Origin: Auanema rhodensis
Lineage: Eukaryota; Animalia; Nematoda
Assembly (NCBI GenBank): GCA_964057225.1
Contig: OZ059897.1
Coordinates: 9,486,001-9,550,000 of the forward strand
Length of the DNA: 64,000 bases
Reading direction: 5' to 3'
The translations under genes and the position numbers were made by a program. The notes beneath the pieces were generated by a model. It saw nothing but the letters and a program-made list of their open reading frames with translations, had not been told where the DNA came from and did not search any database. Below are positions 13,901 to 27,813 of this stretch, piece by piece; positions within the stretch are counted from its first letter, which is position 1; every line of letters starts with the position of its first letter.

Positions 13901-16900
13901 AAATTATAACGTTTATTTTGAAAATTTATTCCTCACCTCTTTCTGATCAGATAGAATTCTGTAGATGTAACATTGTTTCAGTTCTTAGAACTCTGTTTAA
14001 GTGTTTTCAAACTTTGTATAGATAACAAGAAAAATGAAATGATAGAGATAGAACACTTCTGAGATCTTGATCCAAGGTTTTTCTGACGGACTGATCCATT
14101 AGAACCAAATATTACAAGAATTATTCTGATTTCACCTGCATAAAGATCCAGTAGAAAATTACCTTTTGCTCTGAACATCTAAATGATTCAATACAATATC
14201 AGAAATCACAGCCCGGTTAGCTCAGTCGGTAGAGCACCAGACTCTTAATCTGGCTGTCGCGGGTTCGAGCCCCGCATCGGGCTTTAAGTTTTACCTTTTA
14301 TTTGAAATTATAACGTTTATTTTGAAAATTTATTCCTAACCTCTTTCTGATCAGATAGAATTCTGTAGATGTAACATTGTTTCAGTTCTTAGAACTCTGT
14401 TTAAGTGTTTTCAAACTTTGTATAGATACCAAGAAAAATGAAATGATAGAGATAGAACACTTCTAAGATCTTGATCCAAGGTTTTTCTGACGGACTGATC
14501 CATTAGAACCAAAGATTACAAGAATTATTCTGATTTCCCCTGCATAAAGATCCAGTAGAAAATTACCTTTTGCTCTGAACATCTAAATGATTCAATACAA
14601 TATCAGAAATCACAGCCCGGTTAGCTCAGTCGGTAGAGCACCAGACTCTTAATCTGGCTGTCGCGGGTTCGAGCCCCGCATCGGGCTTTAAGTTTTACCT
14701 TTTATTTGAAATTATAACGTTTATTTTGAAAATTTATTCCTAACCTCTTTCTGATCAGATAGAATTCTGTAGATGTAACATTGTTTCAGTTCTTAGAACT
14801 CTGTTTAAGTGTTTTCAAACTTTGTATAGATACCAAGAAAAATGAAATGATAGAGATAGAACACTTCTAAGATCTTGATCCAAGGTTTTTCTGACGGACT
14901 GATCCATTAGAACCAAAGATTACAAGAATTATTCTGATTTCACCTGCATAAAGATCCAGTAGAAAATTACCTTTTGCTCTGAACATCTAAATGATTCAAT
15001 ACAATATCAGAAATCACAGCCCGGTTAGCTCAGTCGGTAGAGCACCAGACTCTTAATCTGGCTGTCGCGGGTTCGAGCCCCGCATCGGGCTTTGAGTTTA
15101 ACCTTTTATTTGAAATTATAACGTTTATTTTGAAAATTTATTCCTAACCTCTTTCTGATCAGATAGATTTCTGTAGATGTAACATTGTTTCAGTTCTTAG
15201 AACTCTGTTTAAGTGTTTTCAAACTTTGTATAGATAACAAGAAAAATGAAATGATAGAGATAGAACACTTCTGAGATCTTGATCCAAGGTTTTTCTGACG
15301 GACTGATCCATTAGAACCAAATATTACAAGAATTATTCTGATTTCATCTGCATAAAGATCCAGTAGAAAATTACCTTTTGCTCTGAACATCTAAATGATT
15401 CAATAGAATATCAGAAATCACAGCCCGGTTAGCTCAGTCGGTAGAGCACCAGACTCTTAATCTGGCTGTCGCGGGTTCGAGCCCCGCATCGGGCTTTGAG
15501 TTTTACCTTTTATTTGAAATTATAACGTTTATTTTGAAAATTTATTCCTAACCTCTTTCTGATCAGATAGATTTCTGTAGATGTAACATTGTTTCAGTTC
15601 TTAGAACTCTGTTTAAGTGTTTTCAAACTTTGTATAGATAACAAGAAAAATGAAATGATAGAGATAGAACACTTCTGAGATCTTGATCCAAGGTTTTTCT
15701 GACGGACTGATCCATTAGAACCAAATATTACAAGAATTATTCTGATTTCATCTGCATAAAGATCCAGTAGAAAATTACCTTTTGCTCTGAACATCTAAAT
15801 GATTCAATACAATATCAGAAATCACAGCCCGGTTAGCTCAGTCGGTAGAGCACCAGACTCTTAATCTGGCTGTCGCGGGTTCGAGCCCCGCATCGGGCTT
15901 TGAGTTTTACCTTTTATTTGAAATTATAACGTTTATTTTGAAAATTTATTCCTAACCTCTTTCTGATCAGATAGATTTCTGTAGATGTAACATTGTTTCA
16001 GTTCTTAGAACTCTGTTTAAGTGTTTTCAAACTTTGTATAGATAACAAGAAAAATGAAATGATAGAGATAGAACACTTCTGAGATCTTGATCCAAGGTTT
16101 TTCTGACGGACTGATCCATTAGAACCAAATATTACAAGAATTATTCTGATTTCATCTGCATAAAGATCCAGTAGAAAATTACCTTTTGCTCTGAACATCT
16201 AAATGATTCAATACAATATCAGAAATCACAGCCCGGTTAGCTCAGTCGGTAGAGCACCAGACTCTTAATCTGGCTGTCGCGGGTTCGAGCCCCGCATCGG
16301 GCTTTGAGTTTCACCTTTTATTTGAAATTATAACGTTTATTTTGAAAATTTATTCCTAACCTCTTTCTGATCAGATAGATTTCTGTAGATGTAACATTGT
16401 TTCAGTTCTTAGAACTCTGTTTAAGTGTTTTCAAACTTTGTATAGATAACAAGAAAAATGAAATGATAGAGATAGAACACTTCTGAGATCTTGATCCAAG
16501 GTTTTTCTGACGGACTGATCCATTAGAACCAAATATTACAAGAATTATTCTGATTTCATCTGCATAAAGATCCAGTAGAAAATTACCTTTTGCTCTGAAC
16601 ATCTAAATGATTCAATAGAATATCAGAAATCACAGCCCGGTTAGCTCAGTCGGTAGAGCACCAGACTCTTAATCTGGCTGTCGCGGGTTCGAGCCCCGCA
16701 TCGGGCTTTAAGTTTTACCTTTTATTTGAAATTATAACGTTTATTTTGAAAATTTATTCCTAACCTCTTTCTGATCAGATAGAATTCTGTAGATGTAACA
16801 TTGTTTCAGTTCTTAGAACTCTGTTTAAGTGTTTTCAAACTTTGTATAGATAACAAGAAAAATGAAATGATAGAGATAGAACACTTCTGAGATCTTGATC

Positions 16901-19900
16901 CAAGGTTTTTTTGACGGACTGATCCATTAGAACCAAAGATTACAAGAATTATTCTGATTTCATCTGCATAAAGATCCAGTAGAAAATTACCTTTTGCTCT
17001 GAACATCTAAATGATTCAATACAATATCAGAAATCACAGCCCGGTTAGCTCAGTCGGTAGAGCACCAGACTCTTAATCTGGCTGTCGCGGGTTCGAGCCC
17101 CGCATCGGGCTTTGAGTTTTACCTTTTATTTGAAATTATAACGTTTATTTTGAAAATTTATTCCTAACCTCTATCTGATCAGATAGATTTCTGTAGATGT
17201 AACATTGTTTCAGTTCTTAGAACTCTGTTTAAGTGTTTTCAAACTTTGTATAGATAACAAGAAAAATGAAATGATAGAGATAGAACACTTCTGAGATCTT
17301 GATCCAAGGTTTTTTTGACGGACTGATCCCTTAGAACCAAAGATTACAAGAATTATTCTGATTTCATCTGCATAAAGATCCAGTAGAAAATTACCTTTTG
17401 CTCTGAACATCTAAATGATTCAATACAATATCAGAAATCACAGCCCGGTTAGCTCAGTCGGTAGAGCACCAGACTCTTAATCTGGCTGTCGCGGGTTCGA
17501 GCCCCGCATCGGGCTTTGAGTTTTACCTTTTATTTGAAATTATAACGTTTATTTTGAAAATTTATTCCTAACCTCTTTCTGATCAGATAGAATTCTGTAG
17601 ATGTAACATTGTTTCAGTTCTTAGAACTCTGTTTAAGTGTTTTCAAACTTTGTATAGATAACAAGAAAAATGAAATGATAGAGATAGAACACTTCTGAGA
17701 TCTTGATCCAAGGTTTTTTTGACGGACTGATCCATTAGAACCAAAGATTACAAGAATTATTCTGATTTCATCTGCATAAAGATCCAGTAGAAAATTACCT
17801 TTTGCTCTGAACATCTAAATGATTCAATACAATATCAGAAATCACAGCCCGGTTAGCTCAGTCGGTAGAGCACCAGACTCTTAATCTGGCTGTCGCGGGT
17901 TCGAGCCCCGCATCGGGCTTTGAGTTTTACCTTTTATTTGAAATTAGAACGTTTATTTTGAAAATTTATTCCTAACCTCTTTCTGATCAGATAGATTTCT
18001 GTAGATGTAACATTGTTTCAGTTCTTAGAACTCTGTTTAAGTGTTTTCAAACTTTGTATAGATAACAAGAAAAATGAAATGATAGAGATAGAACACTTCT
18101 GAGATCTTGATCCAAGGTTTTTCTGACGGACTGATCCATTAGAACCAAATATTACAAGAATTATTCTGATTTCATCTGCATAAAGATCCAGTAGAAAATT
18201 ACCTTTTGCTCTGAACATCTAAATGATTCAATAGAATATCCGAAATCACAGCCCGGTTAGCTCAGTCGGTAGAGCACCAGACTCTTAATCTGGCTGTCGC
18301 GGGTTCGAGCCCCGCATCGGGCTTTAAGTTTTACCTTTTATTTGAAATTATAACGTTTATTTTGAAAATTTATTCCTAACCTCTTTCTGATCAGATAGAA
18401 TTCTGTAGATGTAACATTGTTTCAGTTCTTAGAACTCTGTTTAAGTGTTTTCAAACTTTGTATAGATAACAAGAAAAATGAAATGATAGAGATAGAACAC
18501 TTCTGAGATCTTGATCCAAGGTTTTTCTGACGGACTGATCCATTAGAACCAAATATTACAAGAATTATTCTGATTTCATCTGCATAAAGATCCAGTAGAA
18601 AATTACCTTTTGCTCTGAACATCTAAATGATTCAATAGAATATCAGAAATCACAGCCCGGTTAGCTCAGTCGGTAGAGCACCAGACTCTTAATCTGGCTG
18701 TCGCGGGTTCGAGCCCCGCATCGGGCTTTGAGTTTTACCTTTTATTTGAAATTATAACGTTTATTTTGAAAATTTATTCCTAACCTCTTTCTGATCAGAT
18801 AGATTTCTGTAGATGTAACATTGTTTCAGTTCTTAGAACTCTGTTTAAGTGTTTTCAAACTTTGTATAGATAACAAGAAAAATGAAATGATAGAGATAGA
18901 ACACTTCTGAGATCTTGATCCAAGGTTTTTCTGACGGACTGATCCATTAGAACCAAATATTACAAGAATTATTCTGATTTCATCTGCATAAAGATCCAGT
19001 AGAAAATTACCTTTTGCTCTGAACATCTAAATGATTCAATAGAATATCCGAAATCACAGCCCGGTTAGCTCAGTCGGTAGAGCACCAGACTCTTAATCTG
19101 GCTGTCGCGGGTTCGAGCCCCGCATCGGGCTTTAAGTTTTACCTTTTATTTGAAATTATAACGTTTATTTTGAAAATTTATTCCTAACCTCTTTCTGATC
19201 AGATAGAATTCTGTAGATGTAACATTGTTTCAGTTCTTAGAACTCTGTTTAAGTGTTTTCAAACTTTGTATAGATAACAAGAAAAATGAAATGATAGAGA
19301 TAGAACACTTCTGAGATCTTGATCCAAGGTTTTTCTGACGGACTGATCCATTAGAACCAAATATTACAAGAATTATTCTGATTTCATCTGCATAAAGATC
19401 CAGTAGAAAATTACCTTTTGCTCTGAACATCTAAATGATTCAATAGAATATCAGAAATCACAGCCCGGTTAGCTCAGTCGGTAGAGCACCAGACTCTTAA
19501 TCTGGCTGTCGGGGGTTCGAGCCCCGCATCGGGCTTTGAGTTTTACCTTTTATTTGAAATTATAACGTTTATTTTGAAAATTTATTCCTAACCTCTTTCT
19601 GATCAGATAGAATTCTGTAGATGTAACATTGTTTCAGTTCTTAGAACTCTGTTTAAGTGTTTTCAAACTTTGTATAGATAACAAGAAAAATGAAATGATA
19701 GAGATAGAACACTTCTGAGATCTTGATCCAAGGTTTTTCTGACGGACTGATCCATTAGAACCAAATATTACAAGAATTATTCTGATTTCATCTGCATAAA
19801 GATCCAGTAGAAAATTACCTTTTGCTCTGAACATCTAAATGATTCAATACAATATCAGAAATCACAGCCCGGTTAGCTCAGTCGGTAGAGCACCAGACTC

Positions 19901-22900
19901 TTAATCTGGCTGTCGCGGGTTCGAGCCCCGCATCGGGCTTTGAGTTTTACCTTTTATTTGAAATTATAACGTTTATTTTGAAAATTTATTCCTAACCTCT
20001 TTCTGATCAGATAGATTTCTGTAGATGTAACATTGTTTCAGTTCTTAGAACTCTGTTTAAGTGTTTTCAAACTTTGTATAGATAACAAGAAAAATGAAAT
20101 GATAGAGATAGAACACTTCTGAGATCTTGATCCAAGGTTTTTCTGACGGACTGATACATTAGAACCAAATATTACAAGAATTATTCTGATTTCATCTGCA
20201 TAAAGATCCAGTAGAAAATTACCTTTTGCTCTGAACATCTAAATGATTCAATAGAATATCAGAAATCACAGCCCGGTTAGCTCAGTCGGTAGAGCACCAG
20301 ACTCTTAATCTGGCTGTCGGGGGTTCGAGCCCCGCATCGGGCTTTGAGTTTTACCTTTTATTTGAAATTATAACGTTTATTTTGAAAATTTATTCCTAAC
20401 CTCTTTCTGATCAGATAGAATTCTGTAGATGTAACATTGTTTCAGTTCTTAGAACTCTGTTTAAGTGTTTTCAAACTTTGTATAGATAACAAGAAAAATG
20501 AAATGATAGAGATAGAACACTTCTGAGATCTTGATCCAAGGTTTTTCTGACGGACTGATCCATTAGAACCAAATATTACAAGAATTATTCTGATTTCATC
20601 TGCATAAAGATCCAGTAGAAAATTACCTTTTGCTCTGAACATCTAAATGATTCAATACAATATCAGAAATCACAGCCCGGTTAGCTCAGTCGGTAGAGCA
20701 CCAGACTCTTAATCTGGCTGTCGCGGGTTCGAGCCCCGCATCGGGCTTTGAGTTTTACCTTTTATTTGAAATTATAACGTTTATTTTGAAAATTTATTCC
20801 TAACCTCTTTCTGATCAGATAGATTTCTGTAGATGTAACATTGTTTCAGTTCTTAGAACTCTGTTTAAGTGTTTTCAAACTTTGTATAGATAACAAGAAA
20901 AATGAAATGATAGAGATAGAACACTTCTGAGATCTTGATCCAAGGTTTTTCTGACGGACTGATCCATTAGAACCAAATATTACAAGAATTATTCTGATTT
21001 CATCTGCATAAAGATCCAGTAGAAAATTACCTTTTGCTCTGAACATCTAAATGATTCAATAGAATATCAGAAATCACAGCCCGGTTAGCTCAGTCGGTAG
21101 AGCACCAGACTCTTAATCTGGCTGTCGCGGGTTCGAGCCCCGCATCGGGCTTTAAGTTTTACCTTTTATTTGAAATTATAACGTTTATTTTGAAAATTTA
21201 TTCCTAACCTCTTTCTGATCAGATAGAATTCTGTAGATGTAACATTGTTTCAGTTCTTAGAACTCTGTTTAAGTGTTTTCAAACTTTGTATAGATAACAA
21301 GAAAAATGAAATGATAGAGATAGAACACTTCTGAGATCTTGATCCAAGGTTTTTTTGACGGACTGATCCATTAGAACCAAAGATTACAAGAATTATTCTG
21401 ATTTCATCTGCATAAAGATCCAGTAGAAAATTACCTTTTGCTCTGAACATCTAAATGATTCAATACAATATCAGAAATCACAGCCCGGTTAGCTCAGTCG
21501 GTAGAGCACCAGACTCTTAATCTGGCTGTCGCGGGTTCGAGCCCCGCATCGGGCTTTGAGTTTTACCTTTTATTTGAAATTATAACGTTTAATTTGAAAA
21601 TTTATTCCTAACCTCTTTCTGATCAGATAGATTTCTGTAGATGTAACATTGTTTCAGTTCTTAGAACTCTGTTTAAGTGTTTTCAAACTTTGTATAGATA
21701 ACAAGAAAAATGAAATGATAGAGATAGAACACTTCTGAGATCTTGATCCAAGGTTTTTTTGACGGACTGATCCATTAGAACCAAAGATTACAAGAATTAT
21801 TCTGATTTCATCTGCATAAAGATCCAGTAGAAAATTACCTTTTGCTCTGAACATCTAAATGATTCAATACAATATCAGAAATCACAGCCCGGTTAGCTCA
21901 GTCGGTAGAGCACCAGACTCTTAATCTGGCTGTCGCGGGTTCGAGCCCCGCATCGGGCTTTGAGTTTTACCTTTTATTTGAAATTATAACGTTTATTTTG
22001 AAAATTTATTCCTAACCTCTTTCTGATCAGATAGATTTCTGTAGATGTAACATTGTTTCAGTTCTTAGAACTCTGTTTAAGTGTTTTCAAACTTTGTATA
22101 GATAACAAGAAAAATGAAATGATAGAGATAGAACACTTCTGAGATCTTGATCCAAGGTTTTTCTGACGGACTGATCCATTAGAACCAAATATTACAAGAA
22201 TTATTCTGATTTCATCTGCATAAAGATCCAGTAGAAAATTACCTTTTGCTCTGAACATCTAAATGATTCAATAGAATATCAGAAATCACAGCCCGGTTAG
22301 CTCAGTCGGTAGAGCACCAGACTCTTAATCTGGCTGTCGCGGGTTCGATCCCCGCATCGGGCTTTAAGTTTTACCTTTTATTTGAAATTATAACGTTTAT
22401 TTTGAAAATTTATTCCTAACCTCTTTCTGATCAGATAGAATTCTGTAGATGTAACATTGTTTCAGTTCTTAGAACTCTGTTTAAGTGTTTTCAAACTTTG
22501 TATAGATAACAAGAAAAATGAAATGATAGAGATAGAACACTTCTGAGATCTTGATCCAAGGTTTTTCTGACGGACTGATCCATTAGAACCAAATATTACA
22601 AGAATTATTCTGATTTCATCTGCATAAAGATCCAGTAGAAAATTACCTTTTGCTCTGAACATCTAAATGATTCAATAGAATATCAGAAATCACAGCCCGG
22701 TTAGCTCAGTCGGTAGAGCACCAGACTCTTAATCTGGCTGTCGCGGGTTCGAGCCCCGCATCGGGCTTTGAGTTTTACCTTTTATTTGAAATTATAACGT
22801 TTATTTTGAAAATTTATTCCTAACCTCTTTCTGATCAGATAGATTTCTGTAGATGTAACATTGTTTCAGTTCTTAGAACTCTGTTTAAGTGTTTTCAAAC

Positions 22901-23171
22901 TTTGTATAGATAACAAGAAAAATGAAATGATAGAGATAGAACACTTCTGAGATCTTGATCCAAGGTTTTTCTGACGGACTGATCCATTAGAACCAAATAT
23001 TACAAGAATTATTCTGATTTCATCTGCATAAAGATCCAGTAGAAAATTACCTTTTGCTCTGAACATCTAAATGATTCAATAGAATATCAGAAATCACAGC
23101 CCGGTTAGCTCAGTCGGTAGAGCACCAGACTCTTAATCTGGCTGTCGCGGGTTCGAGCCCCGCATCGGGCT
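10979..23171 (+). tRNA. tRNA-Lys-CTT: Block of 31 full-length tRNA-Lys(CTT) genes (starts 10979+404k)
   Basis: Same gene. Copies at 19463 and 20271 carry C50G; the copy at 22291 carries G59T. Confidence 0.95.
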
Positions 23172-23502
23172 TTAAGTTTTACCTTTTATTTGAAATTATA
23201 ACGTTTATTTTGAAAATTTATTCCTCACCTCTTTCTGATCAGATAGAATTCTGTAGATGTAACATTGTTTCAGTTCTTAGAACTCTGTTTAAGTGTTTTC
23301 AAACTTTGTATAGATAACAAGAAAAATGAAATGATAGAGATAGAACACTTCTGAGATCTTGATCCAAGGTTTTTCTGACGGACTGATCCATTAGAACCAA
23401 ATATTACAAGAATTATTCTGATTTCATCTGCATAAAGATCCAGTAGAAAATTACCTTTTGCTCTGAACATCTAAATGATTCAATAGAATATCAGAAATCA
23501 CA

Positions 23503-23687
23503 GCCCGGTTAGCTCAGTCGGTAGAGCACCAGACTCTTAATCTGGCTGTCGCCTGATTTCACCTGCATAAAGATCCAGTAGAAAATTACCTTTTGCTCTG
23601 AACATCTAAATGATTCAATACAATATCAGAAATCACAGCCCGGTTAGCTCAGTCGGTAGAGCACCAGACTCTTAATCTGGCTGTCGC
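23503..23687 (+). pseudogene. Two tandem 135-bp units with truncated tRNA-Lys (23503-23552, 23638-23687)
   Basis: Same junction as at 10893/10894. Confidence 0.95.
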
Positions 23688-23772
23688 CTGATTTCACCTG
23701 CATAAAGATCCAGTAGAAAATTACCTTTTGCTCTGAACATCTAAATGATTCAATACAATATTAGAAATCACA

Positions 23773-26700
23773 GCCCGGTTAGCTCAGTCGGTAGAGCACC
23801 AGACTCTTAATCTGGCTGTCGCGGGTTCGAGCCCCGCATCGGGCTTTGAGTTTTACCTTTTATTTGAAATTATAACGTTTATTTTGAAAATTTATTCCTA
23901 ACCTCTTTCTGATCAGATAGATTTCTGTAGATGTAACATTGTTTCAGTTCTTAGAACTCTGTTTAAGTGTTTTCAAACTTTGTATAGATAACAAGAAAAA
24001 TGAAATGATAGAGATAGAACACTTCTAAGATCTTGATCCAAGGTTTTTCTGACGGACTGATCCATTAGAACCAAAGATTACAAGAATTATTCTGATTTCA
24101 CCTGCATAAAGATCCAGTAGAAAATTACCTTTTGCTCTGAACATCTAAATGATTCAATACAATATCAGAAATCACAGCCCGGTTAGCTCAGTCGGTAGAG
24201 CACCAGACTCTTAATCTGGCTGTCGCGGGTTCGAGCCCCGCATCGGGCTTTAAGTTTTACCTTTTATTTGAAATTATAACGTTTATTTTGAAAATTTATT
24301 CCTAACCTCTTTCTGATCAGATAGAATTCTGTAGATGTAACATTGTTTCAGTTCTTAGAACTCTGTTTAAGTGTTTTCAAACTTTGTATAGATACCAAGA
24401 AAAATGAAATGATAGAGATAGAACACTTCTAAGATCTTGATCCAAGGTTTTTCTGACGGACTGATCCATTAGAACCAAAGATTACAAGAATTATTCTGAT
24501 TTCACCTGCATAAAGATCCAGTAGAAAATTACCTTTTGCTCTGAACATCTAAATGATTCAATACAATATCAGAAATCACAGCCCGGTTAGCTCAGTCGGT
24601 AGAGCACCAGACTCTTAATCTGGCTGTCGCGGGTTCGAGCCCCGCATCGGGCTTTAAGTTTTACCTTTTATTTGAAATTATAACGTTTATTTTGAAAATT
24701 TATTCCTAACCTCTTTCTGATCAGATAGAATTCTGTAGATGTAACATTGTTTCAGTTCTTAGAACTCTGTTTAAGTGTTTTCAAACTTTGTATAGATAAC
24801 AAGAAAAATGAAATGATAGAGATAGAACACTTCTGAGATCTTGATCCAAGGTTTTTCTGACGGACTGATCCATTAGAACCAAATATTACAAGAATTATTC
24901 TGATTTCATCTGCATAAAGATCCAGTAGAAAATTACCTTTTGCTCTGAACATCTAAATGATTCAATAGAATATCAGAAATCACAGCCCGGTTAGCTCAGT
25001 CGGTAGAGCACCAGACTCTTAATCTGGCTGTCGCGGGTTCGAGCCCCGCATCGGGCTTTAAGTTTTACCTTTTATTTGAAATTATAACGTTTATTTTGAA
25101 AATTTATTCCTAACCTCTTTCTGATCAGATAGAATTCTGTAGATGTAACATTGTTTCAGTTCTTAGAACTCTGTTTATGTGTTTTCAAACTTTGTATAGA
25201 TACCAAGAAAAATGAAATGATAGAGATAGAACACTTCTGAGATCTTGATCCAAGGTTTTTCTGACGGACTGATCCATTAGAACCAAAGATTACAAGAATT
25301 ATTCTGATTTCACCTGCATAAAGATCCAGTAGAAAATTACCTTTTCCTCTGAACATCTAAATGATTCAATACAATATCAGAAATCACAGCCCGGTTAGCT
25401 CAGTCGGTAGAGCACCAGACTCTTAATCTGGCTGTCGCGGGTTCGAGCCCCGCATCGGGCTTTAAGTTTTACCTTTTATTTGAAATTATAACGTTTATTT
25501 TGAAAATTTATTCCTAACCTCTTTCTGATCAGATAGATTTCTGTAGATGTAACATTGTTTCAGTTCTTAGAACTCTGTTTAAGTGTTTTCAAACTTTGTA
25601 TAGATACCAAGAAAAATGAAATGATAGAGATAGAACACTTCTGAGATCTTGATCCAAGGTTTTTCTGACGGACTGATCCATTAGAACCAAAGATTACAAG
25701 AATTATTCTGATTTCATCTGCATAAAGATCCAGTAGAAAATTACCTTTTGCTCTGAACATCTAAATGATTCAATACAATATCAGAAATCACAGCCCGGTT
25801 AGCTCAGTCGGTAGAGCACCAGACTCTTAATCTGGCTGTCGCGGGTTCGAGCCCCGCATCGGGCTTTGAGTTTTACCTTTTATTTGAAATTATAACGTTT
25901 ATTTTGAAAATTTATTCCTAACCTCTTTCTGATCAGATAGATTTCTGTAAATGTAACATTGTTTCAGTTCTTAGAACTCTGTTTAAGTGTTTTCAAACTT
26001 TGTATAGATAACAAGAAAAATGAAATGATAGAGATAGAACACTTCTGAGATCTTGATCCAAGGTTTTTCTGACGGACTGATCCATTAGAACCAAAGATTA
26101 CAAGATTTATTCTGATTTCATCTGCATAAAGATCCAGTAGAAAATTACCTTTTGCTCTGAACATCTAAATGATTCAATAGAATATCAGAAATCACAGCCC
26201 GGTTAGCTCAGTCGGTAGAGCACCAGACTCTTAATCTGGCTGTCGCGGGTTCGAGCCCCGCATCGGGCTTTGAGTTTTACCTTTTATTTGAAATTATAAC
26301 GTTTATTTTGAAAATTTATTCCTAACCTCTTTCTGATCAGATAGATTTCTGTAAATGTAACATTGTTTCAGTTCTTAGAACTCTGTTTAAGTGTTTTCAA
26401 ACTTTGTATAGATACCAAGAAAAATGAAATGATAGAGATAGAACACTTCTAAGATCTTGATCCAAGGTTTTTCTGACGGACTGATCCATTAGAACCAAAG
26501 ATTACAAGAATTATTCTGATTTCACCTGCATAAAGATCCAGTAGAAAATTACCTTTTGCTCTGAACATCTAAATGATTCAATAGAATATCAGAAATCACA
26601 GCCCGGTTAGCTCAGTCGGTAGAGCACCAGACTCTTAATCTGGCTGTCGCGGGTTCGAGCCCCGCATCGGGCTTTGAGTTTTACTTTTTATTTGAAATTA

Positions 26701-27077
26701 TAACGTTTATTTTGAAAATTTATTCCTAACCTCTTTCTGATCAGATAGATTTCTGTAGATGTAACATTGTTTCAGTTCTTAGAACTCTGTTTAAGTGTTT
26801 TCAAACTTTGTATAGATAACAAGAAAAATGAAATGATAGAGATAGAACACTTCTGAGATCTTGATCCAAGGTTTTTCTGACGGACTGATCCATTAGAACC
26901 AAATATTACAAGAATTATTCTGATTTCATCTGCATAAAGATCCAGTAGAAAATTACCTTTTGCTCTGAACATCTAAATGATTCAATAGAATATCAGAAAT
27001 CACAGCCCGGTTAGCTCAGTCGGTAGAGCACCAGACTCTTAATCTGGCTGTCGCGGGTTCGAGCCCCGCATCGGGCT
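23773..27077 (+). tRNA. tRNA-Lys-CTT: Block of 9 full-length tRNA-Lys(CTT) genes
   Basis: Same gene with a 404-bp period, between the two clusters of short units. Confidence 0.95.
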
Positions 27078-27408
27078 TTAAGTTTTACCTTTTATTTGAA
27101 ATTATAACGTTTATTTTGAAAATTTATTCCTCACCTCTTTCTGATCAGATAGAATTCTGTAGATGTAACATTGTTTCAGTTCTTAGAACTCTGTTTAAGT
27201 GTTTTCAAACTTTGTATAGATAACAAGAAAAATGAAATGATAGAGATAGAACACTTCTGAGATCTTGATCCAAGGTTTTTCTGACGGACTGATCCATTAG
27301 AACCAAATATTACAAGAATTATTCTGATTTCATCTGCATAAAGATCCAGTAGAAAATTACCTTTTGCTCTGAACATCTAAATGATTCAATAGAATATCAG
27401 AAATCACA

Positions 27409-27728
27409 GCCCGGTTAGCTCAGTCGGTAGAGCACCAGACTCTTAATCTGGCTGTCGCCTGATTTCACCTGCATAAAGATCCAGTAGAAAATTACCTTTT
27501 GCTCTGAACATCTAAATGATTCAATACAATATCAGAAATCACAGCCCGGTTAGCTCAGTCGGTAGAGCACCAGACTCTTAATCTGGCTGTCGCCTGATTT
27601 CACCTGCATAAAGATCCAGTAGAAAATTACCTTTTGCTCTGAACATCTAAATGATTCAATACAATATTAGAAATCACAGCCCGGTTAGCTCAGTCGGTAG
27701 AGCACCAGACTCTTAATCTGGCTGTCGC
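27409..27728 (+). pseudogene. Three tandem 135-bp units with truncated tRNA-Lys (starts 27409, 27544, 27679)
   Basis: Same junction as at 10893/10894. Confidence 0.95.
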
Positions 27729-27813
27729 CTGATTTCACCTGCATAAAGATCCAGTAGAAAATTACCTTTTGCTCTGAACATCTAAATGATTCAATACAAT
27801 ATCAGAAATCACA

